From Anaeromyxobacteraceae bacterium (GTDB taxonomy: Bacteria > Myxococcota > Myxococcia > Myxococcales > Anaeromyxobacteraceae): 64,000 bases of DNA. Of the stretch, positions 39,268 through 48,209 are shown one piece after another (position 1 is the stretch's first letter; each line of letters opens with the position of its first letter). Below the pieces are notes generated by a model. That model made no database searches, was not told the origin of the DNA, and saw only the letters and a list, made by a program, of their open reading frames with translations. The stretch spans positions 576,001 to 640,000 of the forward strand of contig JASGHJ010000002.1 in assembly GCA_047602405.1 (NCBI GenBank). Reading direction: 5' to 3'. The position numbers were made by a program, and so were the translations under genes.

Positions 39268-40146
39268 TCAGACCTTCCGGATGACGGCCTTGCCGAACAG
39301 GCCGGTGGGGCGGACCGCGAGGGCGAGGATGAGGAGCACGAGGCCGGGCGCCTCGCGCCAGCCCGAGCCGACGTAGAGGCTGGCGAGGCTCTCGAGCGCG
39401 CCGAGGAAGACCCCGACCACGACGACGCCGAAGCCGGACTCGAGGCCGGCGACCACCGCGACCGAGAACGCCTTCAGGACGAGGGCGGAGGCCATGGTGG
39501 GCCCGACCGTCGTGATGGGCGAGACGAGGATGCCGGCGAGCGCCGCGACGAGCCCGGAGAGCGCGTAGGAGAGCTGCACCGTGCGGGTGGCGGAGATGCC
39601 CATGAGCTCGCCCGCGTCGCGGTCGGCCGAGATGGCCTCGAAGGCCTTCCCGAGCAGGGTCTGCCGCTTGAAGACCTCCACGAGCGCCATGATGGCGACG
39701 ACGCCGAGGAGCACGGAGAGCTCGAGCGGCGTGACGCCCACCGGCCCGACCTGGATGGCGTCCTGCGGGATGGGGGTGGGGAAGGGCCGGTCGTCCCGGC
39801 CCCAGACGTTCTCCGCGAAGGAGAACAGGAACAGCCCCATGATGATGGTGAGCAGGATCCAGCCCTCGCCGCGCTGCTCGAGGGCGAGCCGCACCGCGGC
39901 GCGCTCCACGGCGAGGCCGAGGAGCGCGCCGAAGAGGAGCCCGCCCAGGACGACGAGCGGGTACGGCAGGCCGAGCCCGATGAGCGTCAGCGTGAAGAAC
40001 GCCGACACCATGACGAGCTCGCCCTGGCCGAAGTTGAGGCTTTTCGAGGTGGCGTAGGTGAGCTGGAAGCCGTACGCGACGAGCGCGTAGACGAGCCCCA
40101 TGAAGGCGCCGCTGACGGCGATCTGGGCGATGACCTCGAAGGGCAT
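39268..40146 (-). CDS. livH: Branched-chain amino acid ABC transporter permease
   Basis: YALVAYGFQL...LNFGQGE, LKAF...G, RPTGLFG. Confidence 0.92.
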   Translation of the reverse strand: MPFEVIAQIAVSGAFMGLVYALVAYGFQLTYATSKSLNFGQGELVMVSAFFTLTLIGLGLPYPLVVLGGLLFGALLGLAVERAAVRLALEQRGEGWILLTIIMGLFLFSFAENVWGRDDRPFPTPIPQDAIQVGPVGVTPLELSVLLGVVAIMALVEVFKRQTLLGKAFEAISADRDAGELMGISATRTVQLSYALSGLVAALAGILVSPITTVGPTMASALVLKAFSVAVVAGLESGFGVVVVGVFLGALESLASLYVGSGWREAPGLVLLILALAVRPTGLFGKAVIRKV

Positions 40147-40170
40147 GGGGCGCGTCGGGCGCGGGAGCCG

Positions 40171-41397
40171 CTACTTCTTGGCGCCGCGGGCCTGGAGGCG
40201 GACCTTGTCGGCGTCGTTCGCGAAGACGACGCGGCCGTCCTTCACCATGCCCATCACCACCTGCTCGGCGCGGAACGCCTCGTGCGTCTCGACGTTCGCG
40301 GGGTCCCACTTCGAGTAGGGCTTCGCCCAGCGGGCGATGACGCCCTCGACCGGCTCCTTCAGGTCCTCGAGCGCGTCGCGGATCTTCAGGCTCTCCGCCG
40401 AGCCCGCCTGCTTCACGGCGGCCGCGAAGATGAGGACCGCGTCGTAGCCCTGCGCGGCCGAGACCGGGGAGGGGATGCGGTCGACGGCGTAGGCCTTGTG
40501 GTAGCTGTCGATGAAGGCCTTCGCGCGCGGCGTGATGGGCTCCTCGATGAAGGTCTGCGGCATGAGGGTGCCGTTGCCGTTCGGCCCGGCGTTGTCGATG
40601 TAGTTCGACATCGACAGCGTCCAGCCGCCGATGAGCGGGACCTTGAAGCCGATCTTCGCCATGCCGTTCGAGACCGCGGCGAGCTCGGGGCCGATGCCCC
40701 AGATCAGCACCGCCTGGGCGCCCTTCGCCTTGCCGGTGAGGAGCTGCGCGCTCATGTCCTTGTCGCCGATGTTGAACTTCTCGGTGGCGACCACCTCGAG
40801 CTTGTTGCCCTGCTTCGCGATCTGGCCCACGAGGTCGTCGCGCCCGGAGACCCCGTAGTTCGTGGCGTCGTGGAGCAGGAGCACCTTCGTGAAGCCCCGG
40901 CGGATCGCCTCCTGGACCACCATCGCGGCCTGGATGCCGTCGTGCGCGGCGAAGCGGAAGATGGAGAGCTGCTTCGGGCTCGTCTCCGGCTTCGTCCACT
41001 GCGTCATGGAGGCCGACCCGGCGGCCGGGCAGATGATCTTCGTGATGCCCTTCTCCTGCAGGTGCTTGTCGCCGGCGAGCACCACGCCGGTGTTGACCGA
41101 GCCGATGACGCCGGCGAGGTCGGTCATCGACGCGAGCTCCTGGGCGATGAGCGCGCCGCGCTCGTTCTTCGCCTCGTCGTCGCGCTCGATGATCTCGATC
41201 TTGTGCTTCTGCTTGCCGACCTGGACGCCGCCCTGGGCGTTGAGCTCGGCGATGGCGAGCTTCGCGCCGTCGCGGAACGAGGTGCCCATCGGCGCGGAGC
41301 CGCCGGAGAACGGGCCGGTGAGGGCGAGCTTCAGGGTCTGGGCGGACGCGGGCAGCGCGAGCGCGGCGGCGAGCAAGGCTCCAGCCAGTCTCATCAT
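40171..41397 (-). CDS. LivK-like ABC substrate-binding protein
   Basis: Signal peptide, GPFSGGSA, DDEAK, AAQGYDAV; first gene of the liv-type operon. Confidence 0.92.
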   Translation of the reverse strand: MMRLAGALLAAALALPASAQTLKLALTGPFSGGSAPMGTSFRDGAKLAIAELNAQGGVQVGKQKHKIEIIERDDEAKNERGALIAQELASMTDLAGVIGSVNTGVVLAGDKHLQEKGITKIICPAAGSASMTQWTKPETSPKQLSIFRFAAHDGIQAAMVVQEAIRRGFTKVLLLHDATNYGVSGRDDLVGQIAKQGNKLEVVATEKFNIGDKDMSAQLLTGKAKGAQAVLIWGIGPELAAVSNGMAKIGFKVPLIGGWTLSMSNYIDNAGPNGNGTLMPQTFIEEPITPRAKAFIDSYHKAYAVDRIPSPVSAAQGYDAVLIFAAAVKQAGSAESLKIRDALEDLKEPVEGVIARWAKPYSKWDPANVETHEAFRAEQVVMGMVKDGRVVFANDADKVRLQARGAKK

Positions 41398-41548
41398 CTG
41401 GTGACCCCCTTCAGGGATTGGGGTTACGTTAAGTGAAGCGACGTCGCGGGGTTGGTTAAGGATATTGCGCCAGCGTGCACGGCAACGGTGGCACGCCGGG
41501 AAGCCCTGTTGGGGCCCCCGTGCCAGGGTCCGTGCTGGACGCGGCGCG

Positions 41549-42319
41549 TCAGCGCGCGCGGGGGCGGCTGCGCGGGGCGCCCTTGCGAGCGTCGCCGGGC
41601 GCGCCCTTCCGGCCGCGGCCGGCGGCCGGCGCCGCGCCTCGGGGGCGCGGCACCGTCTTCCGCGCGAGGAAGATCACGTGGTGCGGCGACCCCGGGCCGT
41701 GCGCCTTCACCCGGCGTGCCTCGGCCTCGAGGCCGTGCCGCTGCAGCCGGGCGAGGTAGGCTTCGTCCGGCCCTGCGGACCAGACCGCGAGCACGCCGCC
41801 CGGGGCGAGCGCCGCCGCGCAGGCCTTGATCCCTCGGTCGGAGTAGAGCGAGGCGTTGGCGGCCTTCACGATGGGGGCGGCCCCGTTGTCGACGTCGAGG
41901 AGGATCGCGTCGTAGGCGCCCTTCGCCTCGCGGATGCGGCGGGCGACGTCGTCCACCTGGAGCCGCACGCGCGGGTCGTCGAGCGGTCGACCGGCGAGGT
42001 GCGCCACCGGGCCGCGGTTCCAGTCCACCACCGCCTGCGAGAGCTCGACGAGCACCACCTTCGCGTCGACAGGCAGCCGGTCGAGGAGCGCCCTGAGCGA
42101 GAAGCCGAGCCCGAGGCCGCCGAGCAGCACCGCGCGCCGCCGGTCGAGCTTCGCCAGCCCGAGCTCGGCGAGCGCGATCTCCGAGCCGTGGCTCCGGCTC
42201 GTCATGAGGATCCGGCCGCCGACCCGGAGCGCCCATTCGTCGCCGCGCCGCGCGAGCACGAGGTCGCCTTCGGGGAAGGGGTCGGTCGCGACCGTCTGCC
42301 AGGGGAGCATGGGGGCCAT
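41549..42319 (-). CDS. Spermidine-synthase-like SAM-dependent methyltransferase
   Basis: LMTSRSHGSE, VLLGGLGLGFS, YDAILLDVDNG, PGGVLAVWS. Confidence 0.85.
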   Translation of the reverse strand: MAPMLPWQTVATDPFPEGDLVLARRGDEWALRVGGRILMTSRSHGSEIALAELGLAKLDRRRAVLLGGLGLGFSLRALLDRLPVDAKVVLVELSQAVVDWNRGPVAHLAGRPLDDPRVRLQVDDVARRIREAKGAYDAILLDVDNGAAPIVKAANASLYSDRGIKACAAALAPGGVLAVWSAGPDEAYLARLQRHGLEAEARRVKAHGPGSPHHVIFLARKTVPRPRGAAPAAGRGRKGAPGDARKGAPRSRPRAR

Positions 42320-42420
42320 GGTGTACCCGACCCGGGCGCCGGGGGGAACCGCCCGCGGCGCCCGGGGCCCGGCCGGCTGCGCGCGAGGTCACGCACCGCC
42401 GCGGCGCGGCTCCGGTGAGG

Positions 42421-43419
42421 ATGCCCCTCGCCGCCCTCGCCGCCGCCCTCCTCCTGGCCGCGCCCCCCGCCCCGCCGCTCCCGGCGGGCTCGCGCCTCGT
42501 GCCGGTCCGCGGCGCGTCGCTCCACGTCCGCACGCTCGGGGCGGACCACCCCGGCCCCGCGGTCGTGCTCCTCTCCGGCCCGACCGGCCACTGGCACGCC
42601 GACTCCGGGTGGTTCGCGCTGCTGCAGCCCCTGCTCGCGCGGAGCCACCGCGTGCACGCGATCGACCGGCCGGGCCAGGCGTTCTCGCCCCCCGCGGCGG
42701 ACGGCTCCTACCGCCGCCTCGGCGACGACCTCGCGGCGCTCCTGCCCGCGCTCGAGCGCGAGCCGGTGGTGGTGGTCGCGTTCGCGAGCGCGAACCTCGC
42801 GCTGCACCGCCTCCTCGCGGCCGGCGGTGCCCGGCACGTCCGGGCGGCGCTGCTCATCGACCCCGACGCGCTCCACCCCGACCTCGTCCGGTTCTACGCC
42901 GACCAGGCGCAGCCGTTCGCGGACCAGGCGGCGCTCCGGGCGTACGTCGAGGCGGGGAAGTACGACGCCCGCGCGGAGGGGTTCCGGACGGAGGAGCTGC
43001 GCGAGGTGCGCGCGATGGTCCCGGCGGAGGTCGCGGCCGCCATGGACTGGCCCTACTACGAGGCGGTGGCCCGCCTGCGCGCGGACCGCGCGCACGTGCT
43101 CGCCCGCTTCGCCGAGACCGCGCGCTACGGCGAGGACGTGGAGGCGGCCGCCGCGGTGCCGTGGCCGGCCGGGGTGCCGGTGTGGAGCCTCGACACGGAC
43201 TTCGAGGCGGCGGACGCCGCGCGGGCACGGGACCCGGCCGAGCGCGCGAAGCTCGAGCGCTGGCGGGCGCTCTCCACGGCCTTCATGGCCGGGCTCCCCG
43301 GCGGCTGCCGGATCGCGTCGACCTCGCAGGAGCACCTGGCGGTCGTGGCGGAGGCACCGCGGGTCGCGGCGCTCGTCGAGGGGCTCCTCGGCGAGGCGCC
43401 GTGCCCCGCCCGGCCCTGA
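42421..43419 (+). CDS. Secreted alpha/beta-hydrolase-fold protein (atypical nucleophile elbow)
   Basis: Signal peptide, PAVVLLSG, AIDRPGQAFS, VVVVAFASAN, C-terminal EHL. Confidence 0.7.
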   Translation: MPLAALAAALLLAAPPAPPLPAGSRLVPVRGASLHVRTLGADHPGPAVVLLSGPTGHWHADSGWFALLQPLLARSHRVHAIDRPGQAFSPPAADGSYRRLGDDLAALLPALEREPVVVVAFASANLALHRLLAAGGARHVRAALLIDPDALHPDLVRFYADQAQPFADQAALRAYVEAGKYDARAEGFRTEELREVRAMVPAEVAAAMDWPYYEAVARLRADRAHVLARFAETARYGEDVEAAAAVPWPAGVPVWSLDTDFEAADAARARDPAERAKLERWRALSTAFMAGLPGGCRIASTSQEHLAVVAEAPRVAALVEGLLGEAPCPARP

Positions 43420-43427
43420 GGGCCCGC

Positions 43428-44597
43428 TCAGCGCCGCGGCCCGAGCGCTCCGCGCAGCCGCTCGAGCGCGACCGCGAGCTCCGCCGGCGGCACCGCCGTG
43501 AAGCAGACGCGGATCGAGCGGCCGAAGTCCTTGCCGCACGCCGTGCCGGGGGTGACGAGCACGCCCGCCGCGAGGCAGCGCTCGAGGAGCGCGTCGAGCG
43601 GCTCGTCCGGCGCGAGCCAGGGCGAGGCGTCGACGAAGAGGAAGGTCCCGGCCTCGGGCGCGGGGATGCCGAACACCGCGGCGGCGGCGCGGCCGGCGGC
43701 GGCGTACTCGGCGCGGGCCTCGGCGAGCCAGGGGTCGCCCGCCTCGAGCGCGCGGGCCGCCGCGAGCTGCATGGGCCGGGAGGCGCAGTAGTGGAGGAAG
43801 GTCTGCACGCCGCGGATGGCCCCCATGGCGGCCGGGGGCCCGAAGGTCCAGCCCACCCGGGCGCCCGCGAGCGCGTGGGACTTCGAGACCGTGGTGGTCA
43901 CGATCGTCCGGTCGAGGAGGTCCTCGCGGAGCCAGGAGGGCCGGGCGCGCGCGACGTACACGAGCTCGTCGTAGGCCCCGTCGGCGAGCACCCACAGGTC
44001 GTGACGGCGGGCCACCCGAGCGATCGCGTCGAGCGTGCCGGCGTCGAGCACGCGGCCGGTCGGGTTGTGCGGGTCGTTCAGGTAGAGCGCGGCGGTGCGC
44101 GGCGTGATCGCGCGCTCGAGCGCCGCCTCGGCGTCGAAGCCCGGCTCGCCGAGCCGGGTCCAGAACGGCACCTCCACGGCGCGCGCGCCGCGGCTCGTGG
44201 TGATGCCGCGGATGAGCGGCCAGAACGGCGCCGGGAGCAGGAGCTCCTCGCCGGGGTCGAGGAGCGCCGTGACGATCGTCGCGAAGCCGCCGGTCGCGCC
44301 GGGCATGATCTGGAGCTGCCCGTCGCCGAGGGAGAGCCCGTGGCGCGCGAGGAGCCGGCGGCGCACCGCCTCGAGCAGCGCCGGCTCGCCGCCCACCGGC
44401 GCGTACGCGTGCAGCCTCGGGTGGTCGGCCGCCCGCTGGTCCTCGGCGCGCGCGCCGGCGGGCGGCGGCCGGTAGGTGTCGCCGACGTGGAGCGGGAAGA
44501 CCGGGCCGGGCAGGCTCCGCGCGCGCTCGACGAGCGCGCTGTAGACACGGTCGGAGAGGCCCTGGGCGTGGGGCGAGGTCGCGGGGGCGCGGGGCAC
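43428..44597 (-). CDS. PLP-dependent aminotransferase class I/II
   Basis: NDPHNPTG, DGAYDE, SKSHALAGARVG (PLP Lys). Confidence 0.92.
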   Translation of the reverse strand: MPRAPATSPHAQGLSDRVYSALVERARSLPGPVFPLHVGDTYRPPPAGARAEDQRAADHPRLHAYAPVGGEPALLEAVRRRLLARHGLSLGDGQLQIMPGATGGFATIVTALLDPGEELLLPAPFWPLIRGITTSRGARAVEVPFWTRLGEPGFDAEAALERAITPRTAALYLNDPHNPTGRVLDAGTLDAIARVARRHDLWVLADGAYDELVYVARARPSWLREDLLDRTIVTTTVSKSHALAGARVGWTFGPPAAMGAIRGVQTFLHYCASRPMQLAAARALEAGDPWLAEARAEYAAAGRAAAAVFGIPAPEAGTFLFVDASPWLAPDEPLDALLERCLAAGVLVTPGTACGKDFGRSIRVCFTAVPPAELAVALERLRGALGPRR

Positions 44598-44630
44598 GGC
44601 GACGAGGATACGCGCGCCCCGCGCCGCGGC

Positions 44631-45479
44631 TCAATTCCTCAGGCCGATCCAGACGGTCCCGAGGCGGGCCCGGCCGGAGCCGTCCGACCCGAGGAGGTCC
44701 TGGTAGAGGAGGCTCGCGCCCACCTCGAGGTGCCCGGTCGCGGAGACCGAGGCGGCGAGGAGGAGCGGGACCGCGTAGCGGTCGCCGAAGTTGCCGACCT
44801 GCGGGTCGAGCTCCGCCTGGTAGGCGAGCCCGGCCGTCACCGCGAGCATGGGCAACAGCTGCAGCGTGAGCGTGGCGGGCGCGGAGAGGAAGTCGCGGTT
44901 CGAGGTCACCGGGCCCGGGAACACGAGCTGGTACGCGGCGCCGGAGACCGGGAAGGCGAGCGCGTTCCGGCGCTGGCGCGCGTCGCGGTCGTTGAGGCCG
45001 AACGTGACCGAGGGCGAGAAGCCGACCGAGACGAACGGGCCGCGGAGCTTCACGGTCACGCCGGCCTCGCCGGACCAGGCGGCGTCGTCCTGCGACGCGA
45101 TGGGCGCGGCGTTCACGGCGAGGCGCAGCGCGAGGTCGGAGCCCTCGGAGCGGCCCAGCCCGACGAGCACCTCCGCCGAGGCGTCGTTGTAGGTCCGCGA
45201 GCAGCCCCGGTCGCTGCCGCCGAGGCAGATGCCCGCGAGGTGCCGGATGCCGACGGTGAGCCCGTCGGCGACGCCGAAGTAGACGCCGGGGTGCAGCAGG
45301 AACGGTTCGCCCACCTCGCCCGAGGCGAGGTTCGCGGTGAGCGGCACCCACGCCTCGATCGCGCCACCCGGGAGCGTGGCGCCCCGCTGGGTGACGCGCG
45401 GGTCGTCGTCGAAGGCGCGCGCAGGCGCGGCGGTGGCGAGGAGCGTGAGGGCGGCGAGCCCTGCGGCGAGCTTGGTCAT
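44631..45479 (-). CDS. Hypothetical exported / outer-membrane beta-barrel protein
   Basis: Signal peptide ending ARA, amphipathic beta strands, C-terminal VWIGLRN. Confidence 0.65.
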   Translation of the reverse strand: MTKLAAGLAALTLLATAAPARAFDDDPRVTQRGATLPGGAIEAWVPLTANLASGEVGEPFLLHPGVYFGVADGLTVGIRHLAGICLGGSDRGCSRTYNDASAEVLVGLGRSEGSDLALRLAVNAAPIASQDDAAWSGEAGVTVKLRGPFVSVGFSPSVTFGLNDRDARQRRNALAFPVSGAAYQLVFPGPVTSNRDFLSAPATLTLQLLPMLAVTAGLAYQAELDPQVGNFGDRYAVPLLLAASVSATGHLEVGASLLYQDLLGSDGSGRARLGTVWIGLRN

Positions 45480-45667
45480 GTGGTCCCCCCGGCGCCGGCA
45501 CGTGCCGGCGCCCCCGGGGGAAAGGTGCGGACGGCCCGGCCGGGAAGCGAGGCTGTCCGGTTCCCGTGGCGGCGCCGGCGCGCGGCGGCGATAATGGCGA
45601 CCCTGCGCAGGGTCGCTCGGACGGGTCGTCGAAGTCGAGGCCGGGCGCCGGAGAGGGAGGGGGAGGC

Positions 45668-46537
45668 GTGAACGAAGGCGGCGGGAAGCGGCGCTCGTAC
45701 CTCGCCGCGGCGTTCGCCGCGCGCCCCTTCGGCATGCCCGTGCCGCCGCACCTCTTCGGCGTCGCGGCGTTCGGCCTGCTCGGCGCCGCCCTCTCGCCGG
45801 GCTTCTGGCTCATCGGCGCGGGCGCCGAGATCGCCTACCTCTGGGCCGTCTCCCGGAACGGCCGGTTCCGCGCGCACGTGGACGGCCTCGCCGCCGCCGG
45901 GGGCGCGACCGAGGCCTGGGAGCGGGAGCGGACGGCCGCGCTCGCCCGGCTCGACCCGGCCGCCCGCCGCCAGCAGGACGAGCTCGAGGATCGCTGCGCC
46001 GAGGTGCTCGAGGCGCTGCGGGCGAGCCCCGGCTCCGACCTCCAGGCGGAGAGCCTCTCGCAGCTCGCCTGGCTCCACCTGCGCCTGCTCGTCGCCCGCT
46101 CGGCGCTCGCCCGCGTGGTCGAGGAGGCGCGCCGCGACGCGCCGGAGCTCGCCCGGCAGGCCGAGCGGCTCACCGCCCGCCTGAAGGACCCGGGCCTCGA
46201 CCGCGCGCTCCGCCAGAGCCTCGAGGACCAGGCGGCGGTGATCGGCCAGCGGCAGGCGGCGCACGCCCAGGCGGTGCCGCGCCTCGAGCGCGCCGACGCC
46301 GAGCTGTCCCGCATCTCCCACCAGGTCGCGCTCGTGCGCGACCAGATCCTGCTCGCCGCCGGCGACGACGGCGCCGGCAGGGCCGTCGACGGCCTCGCGG
46401 CCACGCTCGACCAGGCCGGCGAGTGGATGCGCGAGGAGCAGGAGCTCCTCGGCGGCCTCGACCTCACCACCGCGCCGTCCCCGGAGCGCCTGCTCGCGCG
46501 CCGCCGGGCGGGCGCAGCGACCGGAGCACGTCCATGA
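45668..46537 (+). CDS. Hypothetical protein with N-terminal TM hairpin and long coiled coil
   Basis: GGAGG RBS plus GTG; AAFAARPFGMPVPP, TM pair, heptad-rich C-terminus; ATGA-coupled to the next gene. Confidence 0.75.
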   Translation: MNEGGGKRRSYLAAAFAARPFGMPVPPHLFGVAAFGLLGAALSPGFWLIGAGAEIAYLWAVSRNGRFRAHVDGLAAAGGATEAWERERTAALARLDPAARRQQDELEDRCAEVLEALRASPGSDLQAESLSQLAWLHLRLLVARSALARVVEEARRDAPELARQAERLTARLKDPGLDRALRQSLEDQAAVIGQRQAAHAQAVPRLERADAELSRISHQVALVRDQILLAAGDDGAGRAVDGLAATLDQAGEWMREEQELLGGLDLTTAPSPERLLARRRAGAATGARP

Positions 46538-48204
46538 TCCTGCGAAAGCCCCGCGGCAGCGCCGCCGGCAACGTCCTCACGCTCCTGCTCGTCCTCGCGC
46601 TCGTCGGCCTCGGGGCCTGGCTCGTGCTGAGGAAGCCCGCCGCCGGGCCGGCCGGGGCCCCCGCCGAGGAGGCCGGGCCCGTGGCGCCGAAGGGCTCGAC
46701 GCCCCAGCCCATCGAGCCGGTCACCGGGCCCCCGCAGCTCGCGGCGCCCGCCGCCTACGAGCCGAAGAACGGCGTCGTCGAGGTCGACATCTCAGAGTAC
46801 GCGGGCTACGGCGGGCTCATCGTCGCGAACGGCGGGATGAACCCGAACCCGGACTCGTTCTTCGCGAGGACCTACGGCTTCCAGGTGAAGCTCACCCGCA
46901 GCGAAGGCGAGACCTGGTCGCCGCTCAACAACGGGCGCTTCGCGGCGATCGGCACCACCACCGACACCCTCGCCGTGCTCGGCCGGCCCTTCCAGGCCGT
47001 GGTGCCGGTGCAGATCGGGTGGTCGCGCGGCGCCGACATGGTGGTCGTGGACCAGGGCATCGCCACCGTGAACGCGCTCGCGGGCAAGGTGCTCGCCGCC
47101 TCGCAGTACAACGAGGCCGAGTTCTTCGTCCGCTACCTCGCCCGCGAGGCGGGGCTGCCGGTGAAGGTGCTCCGGGACCTCGACGCCCGCCCCGACCGCG
47201 GCGAGCTCGGGCTCGTGTTCTACGAGGACGCCTTCAAGGCCTGCGACGCCTACCAGTTCGAGCTCGCCGGGAAGCACCGGCTGGCCGGCTGCGTGGGCTG
47301 GTCGCCGCGCACCGACGAGGTGGTCGCCGCCTCGAAGGGCGCGGCGAAGGTGCTCGTCTCGAACCGCAACCTGCTCGTGATCGCGGACGTGCTCGCCGTG
47401 AACAAGGCCTTCGCCGAGAAGCACCCGGACATGGTGAAGGGGCTCGTACACGGCCTCCTCGAGGGCAACCGGCGCCTGCGCGACGAGCCCGCCCAGCACC
47501 TCGCGGTGGTGCAGAAGGCCTTCGGCTGGAGCGACGCCGACGCGAGGGAGGAGCTCGCGAAGGTCCACCTCGCGAACTACCCCGAGAACCGCGCCTTCTT
47601 CGAGGGCACCATCGACGCCGCGGGGTCGTTCGGCGGCATCTTCCAGGCGGCGGTGCTCGCCTACGGGCCCCTCATCCCGAACCCGACCGACGCGACCCGC
47701 TTCGCGTGGCCGCGCGCGCTCGACGAGCTCGGGAAGGCCGGCCTGTTCAGGGAGCAGAAGATCGCCATCGCGCCCATCCGCACCGGCGCGAGCGGCACCG
47801 TGGAGGGTGACCCGCTCCTCAAGAAGGACATCCGCTTCTTCTTCGAGCCCAACTCCGCGAAGCTCGACCAGGCGGAGAAGCGGAACCTCGACTACCTCGA
47901 CACGGTGAAGGGCTTCCTGCAGGTCTCGCCCGGCTCGATCGTGGTGCTGCGCGGCCACGTCGACAACGGCCGGGTGGAGACCTTCCGCCAGCAGGGCGGC
48001 AAGGAGCTCGTCGACGCCATGGCGCTGAAGGCGATGGAGCTCTCGCGCCAGCGGGCGCTCGCGGTCAAGCAGGCCCTGCTCACCCGCCACCCGAAGCTGC
48101 CGGCCGATCGCGTGGAGGCGGTGGGGCGCGGCTGGGAGGAGCCGGCGGGCCCGGACCCGGACCTCAACCGCCGGGTCGAGGTCCAGTGGTTCACGGTGGA
48201 GTGA
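46534..48204 (+). CDS. Membrane-anchored ABC-type (NMT1/SsuA-like) substrate-binding domain fused to an OmpA-like domain
   Basis: N-terminal TM; WSRGADMVV, IADVLAVN (SBP); FFEPNSA, GHVD, LSRQRALAV, G.GWEEP, NRRVEV (OmpA_C). Confidence 0.85.
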   Translation: MILRKPRGSAAGNVLTLLLVLALVGLGAWLVLRKPAAGPAGAPAEEAGPVAPKGSTPQPIEPVTGPPQLAAPAAYEPKNGVVEVDISEYAGYGGLIVANGGMNPNPDSFFARTYGFQVKLTRSEGETWSPLNNGRFAAIGTTTDTLAVLGRPFQAVVPVQIGWSRGADMVVVDQGIATVNALAGKVLAASQYNEAEFFVRYLAREAGLPVKVLRDLDARPDRGELGLVFYEDAFKACDAYQFELAGKHRLAGCVGWSPRTDEVVAASKGAAKVLVSNRNLLVIADVLAVNKAFAEKHPDMVKGLVHGLLEGNRRLRDEPAQHLAVVQKAFGWSDADAREELAKVHLANYPENRAFFEGTIDAAGSFGGIFQAAVLAYGPLIPNPTDATRFAWPRALDELGKAGLFREQKIAIAPIRTGASGTVEGDPLLKKDIRFFFEPNSAKLDQAEKRNLDYLDTVKGFLQVSPGSIVVLRGHVDNGRVETFRQQGGKELVDAMALKAMELSRQRALAVKQALLTRHPKLPADRVEAVGRGWEEPAGPDPDLNRRVEVQWFTVE

Positions 48205-48209
48205 GGGGC

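Noticed and set aside
37301..40999. 1232-aa transporter ORF
   Set aside because: The N-terminal part overlaps livH and the SBP in another frame; the real start is the ATG at 39262
41465..41530. sigma54 promoter upstream of the liv operon (TGGCAC/TGGCGC words)
   Set aside because: None has GC at the required -12 spacing
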